Source of the DNA: Fimbriosthenelais zetlandica
Lineage: Eukaryota
Length of the DNA stretch: 64,000 nt
Direction: 5' to 3'
NCBI GenBank assembly: GCA_977030845.1
Contig: OZ365110.1
Coordinates: 45,818,001 to 45,882,000, forward strand
The notes below the pieces were generated by a model that made no database searches, was not told the origin of the DNA, and saw only the letters and a list, made by a program, of their open reading frames with translations. Positions 11,681-28,570 of this stretch are shown piece by piece. The position numbers and the translations under genes were made by a program. Position 1 is the first letter of the stretch, and every line of letters begins with the position of its first letter.

Positions 11681-14013
11681 TTATAGGGAGTCTGAAATCG
11701 GTTTGTTATTCCATTGTCGGTTCGCTCAGTGTGTTCCTGGCTTAGCCCTCTCCTTTGTTGATAGGCTTACCAACTTGACGACAGCTAGCACGTGCTTATC
11801 GCCCTGCTAGAGATTTGAGATTTGACTTACTTACTGACTGAATATAGCACCACAATAGGATTAATAGAGTAAATCTGTAAAATATTATATCATTAAAATA
11901 TATCACTGTTTGTTCCGAGAAAATAAATCATTTATAATAGGCAATGTTATAGGCTAATCCATGACACATAATATTTTAATTTTCATAGACTTAATTAGCT
12001 TAGACCTATATTTTGTAGGTTATTCATAGGCCTAATTCCACAAAGAAAACATTTAAGTGATGAAAATAAACATCTCTGGAGGTGGGGGCAAAACATACTA
12101 TTCGAGCGTCAAAACACTTCTCGAAGTAGAAGGGGGCATCCTGATCCCTACCCCCACCCCACCTCGAGCCCTCCCACTTGGATCCGCTCGTAACAGTAGG
12201 CCTATAAAACATAGCCCCTACTAGCCTGCAATCATTGGCTTCCTTCCAGCTACTACCAAACTATTACATTATACTTGACGGGATCTTCCTAAATAGTGTT
12301 ACACGAGCCAAAGTAAGGAGAATTATGAGCACAATCCCCCACAAAGCGTGTTACATTATAGACCACTAGAGTCCTGTATATTGCCTTTCCGGTATTTCTG
12401 TGGGAATCCCATGTTGATGAACATGCAAAGTTACGGATTATTACGAGAGGAGTGCTGGATATATACTTTCTTGCTACTATAGTCTTTCATCAAGGAAGTT
12501 AAACAATTCTTCTCTCACATAGTGTAGGTACTTACATATTTTGTATGCATTATAATTTATTTCGAGATGATATGGGATGTTTTGAAGACATTTTATATAC
12601 GCCTATAGACTATATATTTTTATTTTGTATATTGGATGTGAGACTGCAAAGAATATCCAGCTGTGTTGAAATGAAATGTTCTTTAAAGAGATGTGGTGGT
12701 GGGAAAATTGAAAGGCACAATTACAATTTTGTCAGTGGTTAGCCTTATAGGCTAATAACTAGGTGTAAAGCACTGTTAAGATTACAAGCATTGGGTGTGA
12801 CTAGAAATATCGTTTGGCGCAGCTATCGCTTGGAGAATCGCCTATAATTATAATGGGGACCTGGCATTAGACTTTATATTAAATGTATGGGTATAAGTGG
12901 CTAGCATTAATTATTTCCCTTATAGAATTAGTATATACATATAGTATATATAAAATGTCTACAAAGCATGCAGGTCTTCCGAGCTAGTTTTTCTAGCTAT
13001 TCATCGGATTAAATCTGCTGTTACTGTCATACAATTCTGGAATTCAAAGTTCATTGGCGATTTCGAAACCCAACTCTGATATTAAATAATTATTGGATGA
13101 ATGTGGATATCTAGTATTTTATCCCTCAAACTAGTGTATGAAATAACATGCATGCATATTATAATGCATACCCCGTCCTTTTCCGTGCATCATTTAATTT
13201 GCAGTGTTTGTTTCAGTTATTCACCAAATTGCACCTGAGCCCTATTTTATTTCTATCCTTAAACCATTTTCAGGTTATCCTTAAATGCCACAGTTAAATC
13301 TATTCGTGTTTTCAGCTTTTTTTTATTTAAGCAATATTCACGCAATATGATAATGTACATTGTAAGAGATTAATTTAGGTCTATATTATTATTCATGTTC
13401 AGTGGTTATAAAGTCTGTATAGGTTATGGCTCAATAGTTTCTATTGTAATGATTCAAAAAGATTCAATCATCCAAGCAAATTAGACACACAGGGAGCCAC
13501 CAAACAGTGTCTGTCTTTTATATTAAAACCTACATGTTAGACTTATGAAGCCTCGATATTGGACTCTGTCCTGCAATATTGGTTAATTTCGTTTGGTTTG
13601 TCAGGATCTTGGCCAAGTTCTGGCGTTATGATCCCAATAGATCTACCTCGTTAATATATTTTTTTTTAATAATTATTGACAACATGAGTAAAGAGACGGG
13701 TCCCCACTTCAATGCGACCGCTACAGACCCTTACCCTTGACCTACACTTCCTGCAAACCCTTCTTTTATTATGATATATCATTGGTAACCACTAAGAATA
13801 AGGGTAACTCTTTTGAAATTTATTCATGTTTTATTTGGGTTTATTGCAGTCATTCAAAATTGCGTGCAATTTGGACAGATTGCAAAAAATACTGTACACA
13901 CAGTTTTTCCCATAAACTGAAATTGCCATGGAATGAATATTGATACAAAAGAGTCATGTCATGTCCTAATAGAATAATTTAAATTGATTTTCCAGAGCTG
14001 ACACTTCGACCAA

Positions 14014-15333
14014 ATGCCGACATTAGGTCGTTGGGAGGAGGCGCCCACCCTGGCAATGAACAGGCTGCGAGCCTATCGACAACTCCTCAGTCGTTCCTCC
14101 TCTCGTTCAAGCCTCTTTGAAAATATTGCTTACCACGACATCATGGCTGACAAACAACGAAAATCTGTACCCATTGTGAAATTAAAAATCGGCGAGTCTC
14201 TCGCCACATTTAGGCGAGGCCACACTGTTGCCCAATTGAACAATGTGAGAGGCAATTACAGCAACTATTGCCATTACAGGGCAAGTAGCAATGGCAAAAA
14301 GGAATTCCCTCCATTGCAAAGGGGCAGGTCCCCTTCCCCGACTCGTGATGCTAGGGTCATACTGATGCTTAGAGGAACTGAGAGAAAGGCAAGGGCAAAG
14401 AAACCAGACAACCCGGGAGGTACTTCTGTGACCCAAAGCACTCCTGTGGAACAATCACTGAACTCTGGTAGTCAAACCTTATGCAGTCATATCATTGTGA
14501 AGAGAAAAGAGACAGTCTCACCCTACAAGTCAGTGGATGTGACCCTAGCCACATCTCCTAATTCAGACAAATCCACCGAAGGAGTCGATGGGTATGAAAT
14601 CAGAGGAAGTTCTGTTTTCAAACCAAGCACTCCTGATAACAATCCCAAAGTTGGCGAGGATGATTTTCGCGACCCGATTAAAACCCCAACGAGAAGCCCC
14701 AGTTTTATCGTTCGCCAACCAGGCATGTCTGAAAAAGCGCGCAACGGGCGGTTCATCCCGCGACCCGGAAGTTACGTCACAAACACTCGGAGGTATCGCG
14801 ACATGTTCAACTACGAAAACGACCTTCACGTCGGTCCTCGCGCGTCTCGCGAGAGGAAAACGAAACTTGATGAGAAAACAAGCTCAGCCAACAGGTTTCC
14901 TATAGAACTATGTGACCGTTCAGCCTTGAAAGTAAACTCCCATTCTCCCTCAATGCAACAGCCACTGGAGCTGACACAAAAGAACCTACAGATGTTTAAC
15001 AATCTCATCAACCCCCAAAATGACTTGGCAAACGGGGAGCCGTTAGAGAACGGGGACAAACAAACAGTGAACATGAGGGTTCTGAATTGGATCCAGGAGC
15101 GACAAGTGAACATGGCTGAAATCATCCAGGAAGTGATGGATGAGAATTTGGCTGCTCATGCACATGTCCAGCATGAGACGCCAGTTCCTGAGAACACTCA
15201 GGAGGATGGGCCAGTAGTTGATGAAGAGGATCCAGACTTAGAGGTCTATGATTTAACACATCATGACGATTATAGATCGCATGATGAAGTCATAGATACT
15301 GTGGTGGATGCACCCTCAACAAATGGCCATTGA
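14014..15333 (+). CDS. Uncharacterised 439-aa protein, whole CDS in one exon (basic Ser/Arg/Pro-rich N-half, acidic C-terminus)
   Basis: Long ORF with GC content above the flanks, preceded by a splice acceptor (ttttccAG at 13994-13995) and an in-frame upstream stop (13999), so the upstream exon(s) are 5' UTR. No domain recognised. Confidence 0.7.
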   Translation: MPTLGRWEEAPTLAMNRLRAYRQLLSRSSSRSSLFENIAYHDIMADKQRKSVPIVKLKIGESLATFRRGHTVAQLNNVRGNYSNYCHYRASSNGKKEFPPLQRGRSPSPTRDARVILMLRGTERKARAKKPDNPGGTSVTQSTPVEQSLNSGSQTLCSHIIVKRKETVSPYKSVDVTLATSPNSDKSTEGVDGYEIRGSSVFKPSTPDNNPKVGEDDFRDPIKTPTRSPSFIVRQPGMSEKARNGRFIPRPGSYVTNTRRYRDMFNYENDLHVGPRASRERKTKLDEKTSSANRFPIELCDRSALKVNSHSPSMQQPLELTQKNLQMFNNLINPQNDLANGEPLENGDKQTVNMRVLNWIQERQVNMAEIIQEVMDENLAAHAHVQHETPVPENTQEDGPVVDEEDPDLEVYDLTHHDDYRSHDEVIDTVVDAPSTNGH

Positions 15334-16440
15334 AATAATATAAAATCTATAGATTTTGATCAATTTTAGTATAGAAATGTATCAATTGTGGTTGATTTTC
15401 AACATCATGTTGGACATGAAAGGGTAATGATATATATATTATGGAAATGCAATAATTTTGGTTGCTGGAATTGTGCAGATTCTTGGCATGGGTCTATTTT
15501 GGGACGGTGACGTTTTATTAATGTTGACTCATGGACTTCGAATTGCCTGCAATTCTCACAAAACAGGCTGGGTGAGGATGCAATGGGGAAAGGATGCAAT
15601 GGGTTATTTTCTTCCCGGTGACCCCCAAATGAGGAATATCATCCGAGTCTCCTAGAAGGGACTGAACCCCAAATATCCTTCCCCTTCCCCGTAAATTAAA
15701 AAGCATACCAAAAACAATTTAATATAGGCCTAGTGTTTTCATTTGTTGCACAATTAAATTAAGCAATTCTATAATTTCTGGGTATAGATATGTTAAAACC
15801 TAGTTCTTTTTTGTATTATGTCTATTATAGTTTTTAAATTCTATTAAGTTATTGAAATCATTGACTGCATAGTTAATTCATACAATGTATGTATACCTCA
15901 AAGTATTATTTGGTAATTCAGCTGCTGTTCTTTAAAACTTGTTGCTGTGTAAAATAATGTATATACTAAATGACATTGAAAAGACAAATTATAACAAAAT
16001 ATATATATGTTTTCATTATTTTTTTATTCCTATGTCTACGTATTTTGGGATATTTTGGACTATAACTAGTTCCACAATATCGTACACTCAATGTATCTAT
16101 ATCTAATATCTAATAGCACTCTCTTCATAAATAATTAATATGTCCCTTAACAAAATATATGTACACTAAACTTTTCAACTATATACCATCTAATATGAGC
16201 TCTAGTATAATCTAAACATAGAAACCAATGAGAACAAATTATCCCTAAATGGAACAGAAATCAGATAAATAAAAATGTAAAAGAAATCGTCGGTTTGAAT
16301 TCATATTTTTTCATATCAGTTCATATCCATAATTTGTTCCCCCAAATCAAACTTTAGATATAAAATATATTTCAGCTCTTATATAGGCTAAGCTACTAGC
16401 TTGGAATTAAGTTAAGTATAAAAAACACTGTCCAATATCT

Positions 16441-18670
16441 TTAGCATGGAGCTGATCGACTGTAGCTTTGATCATAGTTCATTGCATTGCCTTGCACGGA
16501 CATACCATAGGGTCCGATCGGATAATTTTGTTGATTTTGAGAGCACAATCCAAAAGCATTGCCAAAGTGAGCTTGAGATTGGTCGAAGCTCCTTCCTGCC
16601 TGCGCAATGGCAGTAGATGTTGGAATATTGTAGGTATACACTGAAAGTGGAGACAATGGAAATCCTTGAGAGGAATTCCCATGGAAATGCTTTTGTTGAT
16701 TGGCGACTGGAATAGGTGCTGAAGTGCGTGCGTTTCCCATGATATTTCTCGCGTTTGGGGTCACCATCGTGTTCTCCTTTGATTGCTGGACTAGCTTTTT
16801 GGCCTCGCGTCGCCTGAAGTCTCCTGATTTGAACATGTCGACACAGGCGGGGTGGATGGCCCAGTAGAAACCACGCCCGCTCGAAGCTCGACCAGCCTTC
16901 ACAAAGGAATCGTTGATGGAGAGATTATGTCGGACCACGTTCCTCCAGGAATTCTCAGCCGTTTTGAAGTAGGAATACTTCTCCTGGAGGGTGTCGTAAA
17001 TATCCTGAAGGATCATTTTCTTCTCTTCCGATCCGAGGAGGATCTTAGCGATGAGGGCTATGTAGGGTTCCTTTGGTTTTACATTCTCGGTTTTTGGAGA
17101 TTTCTTTTCTTTTTCGTTTCCAGAAGCTGCTGGGTTATCAGTTTCAGTTTGTATAGCCTCGATGTGAGAAAGAATGTTTTTGTCGAGATGTTCTGTGTCT
17201 TCTGCGTCTATCGTGTCGGTTGTGCTTTCGTCATGAGGTTGGAAGCTTTCGGTGGAGTTTGGATTGTTTGATAGCGGGTAGGTGAAGATCGGGGTGGGAA
17301 TTTGAGGAAGGTCGGCTTTGTCTGGGGGGCTGTATAGCAGGACGTCAGGTGATTGGCTGAGGTTGGACAGTGTTTCTGCATTGGAAGGTGTTCCGAGGTA
17401 GGAGGTTCCTATAATAAAAATTTAAAAATTGAATTACCATACTAATAAAGGATAAAAACATTACAAAAATAATAAATATAAAAAACAAAAGCTAATTATT
17501 CTTTTAAAAGTTAAGATTTGGACGAATGTAATTTAATAGTAGGCCTAATTATTCATGAATAGGCCTACTACTTATTTTGAGAAGTTTGAATTAATGACTT
17601 CGGTGTGCATAAAAACCTTCCATCTCTCAGTAATTCTTAGGTCAGAATCTATAGTGAGGGCCTGGTAGGCCTATTTTCGTCGAGTTCACCCCCATCCCTG
17701 ACGTTTTATTTTTATTCCATGGTCCGTACGTTCTTAAATGATACTTTTTTTTGTGTTATGAAAAAGAAATTACCGAAATATGACGCCATAGTGACAGTCG
17801 CAAAAGCGGGCTACTTAAGTACTACTTATTGCCTGCTCTCAAACCAACTATGGAATAATGACTAAATGCAATGTTGAAACTTTTTAATGGAAAAATAATT
17901 GAGTATAATAATTTACCTTGATAAATAATGTTATTGTCTGAGATGTCGCTGAAGTTTGTACTTTGGGCGCGTGGCGTTTTGTCCTCCTCACTTTCTTCTC
18001 CCGCCAATATGTTCTTGTCCATGGGACTCGGTTGCGTCTCCAAAAGAGATTCGTATATATCCCACTCTGCCGGCGACGACGGCGATTCTGTAGCCATCAT
18101 ACTGATCGCTTCGTCGCTCAATTCTAGCGACAAAGACGGTGAAGAAAATCCGAAGAATCCACTCGAGTTGGAAGAATATCCGCTCGTGTCGGAAGTACTT
18201 TTTCGCGGAGATGGCGACCCTCCACTGCCGGGAGAAGTTCCGTCTTTGGTCCCGAGGGGAGCCATGGGTTTAACCTGCCTAGGTGGCGCTGGGGTGCTGT
18301 GGGTAGCGGGAAAGGGTAAAGTGAATTGTCGCCGGGCACAGGAGGGCAATTTCGGTGGCGTCAGAATCTTCTGCGGTGATCCATACGGTCTCCAAGTTGA
18401 ATCTTCTTCCAAATTTGGAAATTTGAAATGCATGTCCCTCGTTGGTGTCAGAGGTTTGGGTGACCATGGTTTTGGTACTTGCCACGTTTCAGTGCCGATG
18501 AGATCTGTGAAATTCAGGTCAGAATACCATTTGGGAACGATGTCTTCAGATGTGCATGCATTTTCAAAGCCAGTGGGTTGGACTTCAATATTGAACGCAT
18601 CCATTCCAGAGATTTCTTCGGAAGGGAAATTATTTAAAATATTTAATCCTATTGCCTCTTTCTCGTCCAT
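16441..18670 (-). CDS. foxQ2-like: Forkhead transcription factor, divergent FoxQ2-like
   Basis: Exons 18670-17917 and 17408-16441 (phase-1 GT-AG intron) give 573 aa. Forkhead domain KPKEPYIALIAKILLGSEEKKMILQDIY..WRNVVRHNLSINDSFVKAGRASSGRGFYWAIHPACVDMFKSGDFRRR; the WAIHPAC..F..GDFRRR tail is characteristic of FoxQ2. A possible extra upstream exon 19011-18906 splices in frame to an acceptor at 18696. Confidence 0.85.
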
Positions 18671-19997
18671 CCTTATGCAGATTCTTTTTGGAGAGGCTAA
18701 TTAAGTAAAATCAGTCGAAGTGCACTTTCCAAACTTGTTCCTCAACTTGTCCAAAACTTTGCAATCCAGGATGCTATGTCCTATACTTAAATCAGATATG
18801 ATCGACTCATTTCCTGGCACCTCATTTTATACAGAGCAGGTCGTGGTGTCAACTTAATCATGTCATAAAATTTGTTGGATATGTCGCGCGATTTCTAGAT
18901 GACACCTGCTGCGACGGACTGTCGCTCGTGCGTCCACGCGTCACTTATTCGCGTGACAGATGTAGGCGACAAACGTTTCAACGGAACCTTGAGCTGAGCC
19001 GGGAGTGTCATTAGGCCTATACTAACACTTGGAATTGTTAACACATCGTTAATGGCTAAGTGAGTGTGAAAATAAATTTGACACACTATAATGAGTAGTT
19101 AAATTCCTCGGTCCTTCCTCCGCCCAAAAGCCGAGAAATAACTAATGGTTTGGGCCTCCTCCGTCGAGGGTAGGCCTATAGTAGATGTCTTATTTACTAG
19201 GCATATTCCTTTCCTGTATGTCAACTTGAAGGAAACATTACTGGGTTTCACCTGGAGCGTATATTAACTGTTAACTATTATTATGGTCTACTAATTGTGG
19301 ATGTGGATTTGGATGTCTACTAATTTTTATGGGGCTAGCCTACTCTAGGCCTACTAATTTTTATGGTCTACTAATCTTCACAACAGTTACCTACAAATGT
19401 AATTCAACAAAGGCAGGCGGCTGGCCGATATAGGCCTAATGCGTTTAAGCATTTTTGATTATAGATGCATATGTTTTTCTCTCATATTGGTTTGTAGGCC
19501 TACTCAGAGGTTAAAATAGTTGCAAACTTTGCGAGTAGGCCTAACAGTCATTTTCTTTTAGCAAAGTAGCCTAGCATTTTTATTCGCAAATTGCGACAGT
19601 GCGATCGGGTAGAGTGAGCCTAGCTACACCGTAGGCTATCGGTAGGCCTATGTAGGCCCAGACCAAAAAATACCCACTTAGGCTAAATTCCAAAATTTTG
19701 CGGGGGGGGTCATGCCCCCGGGCCCCCCTAGCGGGGCGCGAGTTTCATCAGGCTCTAATACATGCCCATGCTGTAACCCTGCTTTAAAAAAATCCTGTAG
19801 GCCTATGCAGCCCTATAAGAAGATAAATAGTTCTAATTCTATGATCGTCCTTTTTTCCAGTTCCCATCCGCTCAAATAGATGGCGGCAGGATCAACTGAA
19901 AGACATCTGGGCTATAGCGCACCCTGATATTTTGTTGGAAGGATAAACTTGTTCCGAACCTCGCTTCCTTATTTGGCAGACCACAATAATAACAAAG

Positions 19998-23426
<3,429 letters not shown>

Positions 23427-24562
23427 GACCATATTCAACACTGCTTCATCATTGTCAAACTGTTTTTGTCTTTGGAGCTCCTATAATTTTCCATGTAAAT
23501 AACATTTGTGTTTCATGTTAGTAATGCACTGGTGTCTCACTAAACGACCATCACACTAAAGTGACCGCTTCAGTAAACTGACTCTAAGACTATCCAACTG
23601 CCAAAAGGTCGGAGGCACTTTTATAACATGTAAGGTATAGATGTACTGCACTTTCCAAAGCGCCCATCCAGCTATATGACCAAGATGAGTTCAGTCCCAA
23701 GTTTGGTCGCTTTAGTGAAACGTCACTGTATTCTGTCATCAAGATGGCATGCTCTCCCTTGTCTGTACTTTTTTTATAATCACCCATTTCGGTCGTTGTA
23801 AATTTATAATATTGGCAGATTTCACAAGAAATAGATCATTTTTCCCCTCCCAAAATTCTGTGAAAAGTCCATTGCAATAATATTTCCTTGTGACACAATA
23901 AGGTTTTCCATTGAATAACATTTGGTGCTGTGATCAGATCTGTTATTGGTAACTATAATAGTTTTTTGTTTAGAAAAAAATATTAGAAATAGTGTAGCTT
24001 AGAGCTAACCCATGCACAAAAATTATATTATCTAGGCTGACTTGTGTGTTTCTTTTATGCTGCATAACCTTTTTTGAAAACAAATTATTTTGATTGGGAT
24101 TATGGCACTTCTAGAAGTACCTCGTCAGCTATAGGCCTAGTTAGTCATTAGGTAGCTTGTATTCATTAGTATATTTTCCCACTATTTTAACATATATGAT
24201 ATTTTTTAGCGGTGATGTATGTGTTGCCTAAATATCATTTATATTCTGCCTTGAATGGTTTTGTTCTACATATGTTATTTTTGTGATGTTCCAAGCCTCA
24301 CTTGATCAGTTCGTCCATGATAAAGTTTGTTGTGCATATCCAGTCAGATCAAAAGCAGGCTTCTCTGAGTATTACATGTTGATATCTCTCAAAATGCTTT
24401 TAAAAAGGTTCGATATTTTTTCTATTGGGGGTAGGGGTTGCTGTACCTTGGAAAATATAACGGTTCTATATACAAGGTTGTGATTGATTCAGTGGCAATA
24501 GTAGATATCCAAGATATCCAACTTTTGAAAGGTATTGTGGATTTCAAAACACTTGAGATTTA

Positions 24563-24759
24563 AGGGCCCGTTCAACTATACGGATTTTCCATCGGACATA
24601 CAGCCAATTTTCTTTTCTTAAATATTTTCAAAAAACAATTATCATACTTGTCCCAAGTTGTAAGCACTCACTGGCTAAATTAGAAATATTTAGCACTATT
24701 GAGAGGAATAAAAATCGGTCGATTGTCTGATGGAAATTTCATTAGTGGAGAAGTGCCCT
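24563..24759. mobile_element. About 200-bp MITE with imperfect TIRs, TA-flanked
   Basis: ta|AGGGCCCGTTCAACTAtacggattttccatcggaca ... tgtctgatggaaatttcatTAGTGGAGAAGTGCCCT|ta; the arms are complementary over about 50 bp. Confidence 0.7.
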
Positions 24760-26867
24760 TAGCTCACTTCAGACCAAAGATTCCGATTTAATGCTAGTCT
24801 TCTTCCTTGCTCATATCTCGGTCTCTTGGAGTTACATCGTTACAAAATGTATAACAACTTCAGGTTCACTCAGTCCACCCATTGCATGACAACATTTCTA
24901 TGTAAACTCAATGGAAGATACTTGGTTGTGCAATGGGTTGATGCGTTGAATTATTCAATGTAGGCCAAGCAAAACTATCGAAGAGACCAGTTCTATGCAA
25001 TAGAATACAGTATTCCCAGCCCAAGAATTGTTATTAAAACACCAAAAAAAACATAAAAATTCCATGTAGTGAATACTGCAACATAGTGTTCACTATGTGA
25101 CAATCAGAGGGAGCCGTACATGACACCTCATAAATTTGAGATTTTTTTCGCTATTCAGAGGTGTCCTTTAAATCGGAGGTGTTTGCTATGTGAGGTGTTA
25201 TACTGTATATTATAGTACTTATGCTTCTGGGATAGGGAGGGATAGATGTTCCAGGATAGAATAGTTTATTTGTCTTCCAAAGAAATACATACAATGTAGG
25301 AACCGATTAATTATTACTGATACGGGTTTTTCGAGGGACATGCATCATCTTCCGCTTTGAAATCATAGTCGAGGAAAACGGTTCAACAGAACAGAAAATA
25401 CAGAAATATTACACAAATATGTATATTTGAGGGATGTCGTTTTAAATGGATATTCTCTGCTTAATATGTCGGTTCATATTAATGTGATTTTTTTCTTTTA
25501 CTCTCGTTTTTATTCACTGTTCATTTTGAGTGTATAAGCCTACATGTATAAAGGTAGCTTAGTGATAGAACACTTTCCCCCATTTCCACACTGACGGTAT
25601 CGGACTATCAAATGCCCAGGCAGCCAGTTCATCATTGTCGTTCACCCACAAACGGTGGCAGAAAAAATAAAATATCTCAATAACATAGAGTGGTAGAAGA
25701 GTTAGGAGTGAGACCAGGGCCTTTGGGGGCACACATTGCACTCATAATTATTAAGGACTTTCAGGCTACGATTTCATACCATATCATTAATGATCATTAA
25801 TGTGGCAGTCGCAGCACAGCAGAGAAATACACCGGCCATCCATTGTATTCTTGGTTCGAGAAATTGTTCGTTGAGGTACTGGTAATTTTGTTATACAAAA
25901 ATCCTTGTTTCGAGAAATTCTTGATTCAAGAGCGTCTTAGTTCATATTCTCATGAACTTATTGACCTTATTCGTTCAAGAACAGACTTCTTCGTTCAAGA
26001 AGTTGTCATTCTTTGGAATCGGTCAAATTCGCAGATTAAGCCAATCGAGTTCCACTTACACTTTTTTGGTCAAAGTGCATTCTGAGTGAAGAAATTAATT
26101 CCAGATTCACTCTCTTCTGATAACAATAACGGTTATGTGATTACATCTATCGCACATGATTATTGACAGAACATCTCAAATCAACATATAGGTAGGCCCG
26201 ACTGTTCTTGGTTGACATTATTTGGTTAAAAAAGTTGAAGGGAATACCATTCGTTATTAGGACAACCTATTGAATTATGGTGCCTTTGCCTGATATCAGC
26301 ATACATAATGTATAGAGGCGTTCATATATGTCCGATGTATATCAAAATATTTCATTCCATATTATCAACTCCACTTGTGTATACATGTATAAATGTATGA
26401 TGATTTAGGGATGCGAGTTTTCAGATTATTATCTGAATTCAGATATTCAGGAGATCATCATTGAATCTTCTGCCTGAATGAATGTTTCTGAAACTTTGGG
26501 ATGGTAATTGGAAGCCATATTGGCTATACATTTTTAAATCATTTCTTTTTGGCAATACCAAACTTGCATCCCTATCTTGTGTTTTTGTGATTGTGTATTA
26601 GACGAATCTGATGTACGTGTATATACCCACTATCGGTACGGTATATCAAAATTCATGAATATTAATGAGGGTCATTTGCATAAAATGTCATGCTGTTACA
26701 TAATAAGAGCTACTTTTTATACCATTAATCCATATTTAGATAATTGAGGTTGCATATAGGTTGTGTAAAGGGGTACTATAATATTAAGTACTAATATTTG
26801 ATCTTCCGCTTAAACCTCAGCACTGTAGTTTATAAGGTATACATGTACTTGTCCCCACCTCAATATT

Positions 26868-27040
26868 GGTTCCACACGCTAATCCGATTCTCTATCTGGC
26901 TCCATCCGATAATACACCAATTTGTAATTTTAACAGTCCGTTACACGTAATTAACCAAGGCTAACCGACACAATTTCAATCATTGAATGTCTTGAGGGAT
27001 AGGATGGCGACGGATTGGAGAATCGGATTAGCGTGTGACC
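26868..27040. mobile_element. About 170-bp MITE
   Basis: Perfect 20-bp inverted repeat CACACGCTAATCCGATTCTC / GAGAATCGGATTAGCGTGTG at the ends. Confidence 0.7.
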
Positions 27041-27442
27041 ACTTATTCATTTAATATGTTCAGGATGAACGCATCAAGTTTGATTTTAATAAAATCCAAA
27101 ATGGATATGATCAAACCTACTGAATTTATTTTTCCCATCCATTAGTTAATGTGACTGGGGTAGAATTAACAAGAATATACTTCCATTTTACTTTTGATTT
27201 GTTTTATTCACTTAATACAATTTTTATGGATCAATTCGTTGACCAAATTAGACCCATAGTGCATTACTATGAACTATAAAGGTATAGTAACTGTTCTATG
27301 GTGGCAATCCTTGCGACCTACGGTATACATACGGCAAACAGAGGAACTAAGTTTAGATCTCTTTCGGCCCTATACGATTACCCCACCACCGGCAATAGGG
27401 GGAACTAATGAACAGAATGATATAATTCTATCTATCCTATCT

Positions 27443-28284
27443 ACGGGGGAGGAACGGATGCTCTGTCTATCTATCCTATATCTTCTATATTACGGTACTT
27501 TTTTTTTGAAGGATTTTGTGGTTTAATTGCAAATATTTGAAGAATTTTATTGGTGAAACCTCCCAATGGTCCATTTCCATAGAAGTAGAAAAGACTTCTA
27601 GACCTGGCTTATTTTTTGCGCGATTCAAGTCTTGGTTTTAGCATAAAGGCTCCCTGTATACTTATTACTATTCTTGCTTCTATCAGAGAACTAGAGAGTT
27701 CTCTCTAGTTCTCTGTTTCTATGCTGTAAGCGAAGTTGCGACTTGCCCCACCACCGGGAAAATCGGGAATTAATTATCAATGCTAAGTGAATGGGGCGTC
27801 GATCGGAATATTCAGGCGACGTTTGCAGATCAAAGAACGCTCCTAAATGGGCCAAACTTGAAATCAGTCGGTAGATTTACATGGAGAGTTTATCGCGTCC
27901 AAGAGAACAGAGCTAAGTTGTCTGTAAGCCTGTAAACGGCGAGATAATGGAAGCAGTGTTGTTGTTGTTGTGGGCGATAATAGGCGCTGTTCAGTGCTGC
28001 CACGCCACCTTGTGTATCGCGAGTGAACTGAGCTCCGCCGTGCCTTTACTTCAGCTGGAAACCACCAGGTGGCAGCACTGTTTTTGGTCGCCCCATCAGC
28101 TGAGCGCCCAAGCCGAACCGGTCCATGCAGGCGTCGCTAGGAATTTTCAGACGGCGTTTGTAGATCTAGGAAAGCTCCTAAATGGACTAAAATTGCCACC
28201 TTGTGTGTCGCGAGTGAACTGAGCTCCGCCGCGCCTTTACTTCAGGTGGAAACTATATAGACAGAGCATCCGTCCCTCTCCCGT
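27443..28284. repeat. Composite repeat: 28-bp inverted arms enclosing a perfect hairpin and a 60-bp direct repeat
   Basis: Inverted arms at 27443-27470 and 28257-28284 (gga.cggatgctctgtctat). Hairpin AGAGAACTAGAGAG-TT-CTCTCTAGTTCTCT at 27685-27714. Direct repeats at about 28004-28064 and 28195-28255. Confidence 0.65.
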
Positions 28285-28516
28285 CATAGAAGTTCTATCA
28301 CAGTCACAGATGGTTTTCATGTTTTTGTAAATTCCAGAATAAAGAGTTCCATTCACGTAGACTACCGTCATAACATAAGGCAGCGCAAGGTCCTCTTCTT
28401 GTGTCACCCTTGGTCATTCTAAAACGCCCCTGCCCTGCAGTGGGCCCTCTGAATTTCCCCTAGCAACAGTGGCAGGTGCTCGTTGGTCCCAGGGTCGCTG
28501 GTTGGACCTTTAAATC

Positions 28517-28570
28517 GGGTCAAAGGTCAAAGGTCAACATACGTCACCTCCGCCATCTCAGCCAATCAGA
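28517..28570 (+). promoter_or_regulatory. Promoter motifs upstream of the Cut8-like gene: triple DR1 half-site array, CRE-like site, CCAAT box
   Basis: GGGTCA-A-AGGTCA-A-AGGTCA (28517-28536), TACGTCA, AGCCAATCAG. Confidence 0.5.

Noticed and set aside
17100-17200. Apparent frameshift upstream of the forkhead domain
   Set aside because: On recount the exon from 17408 is in frame with the domain (17406-17016 = 390 nt).
17928-18704. 258-aa + strand ORF (and 16852-17271) opposite the Fox gene
   Set aside because: Exact antisense shadows of the Fox exons, with no independent start or splice signals.
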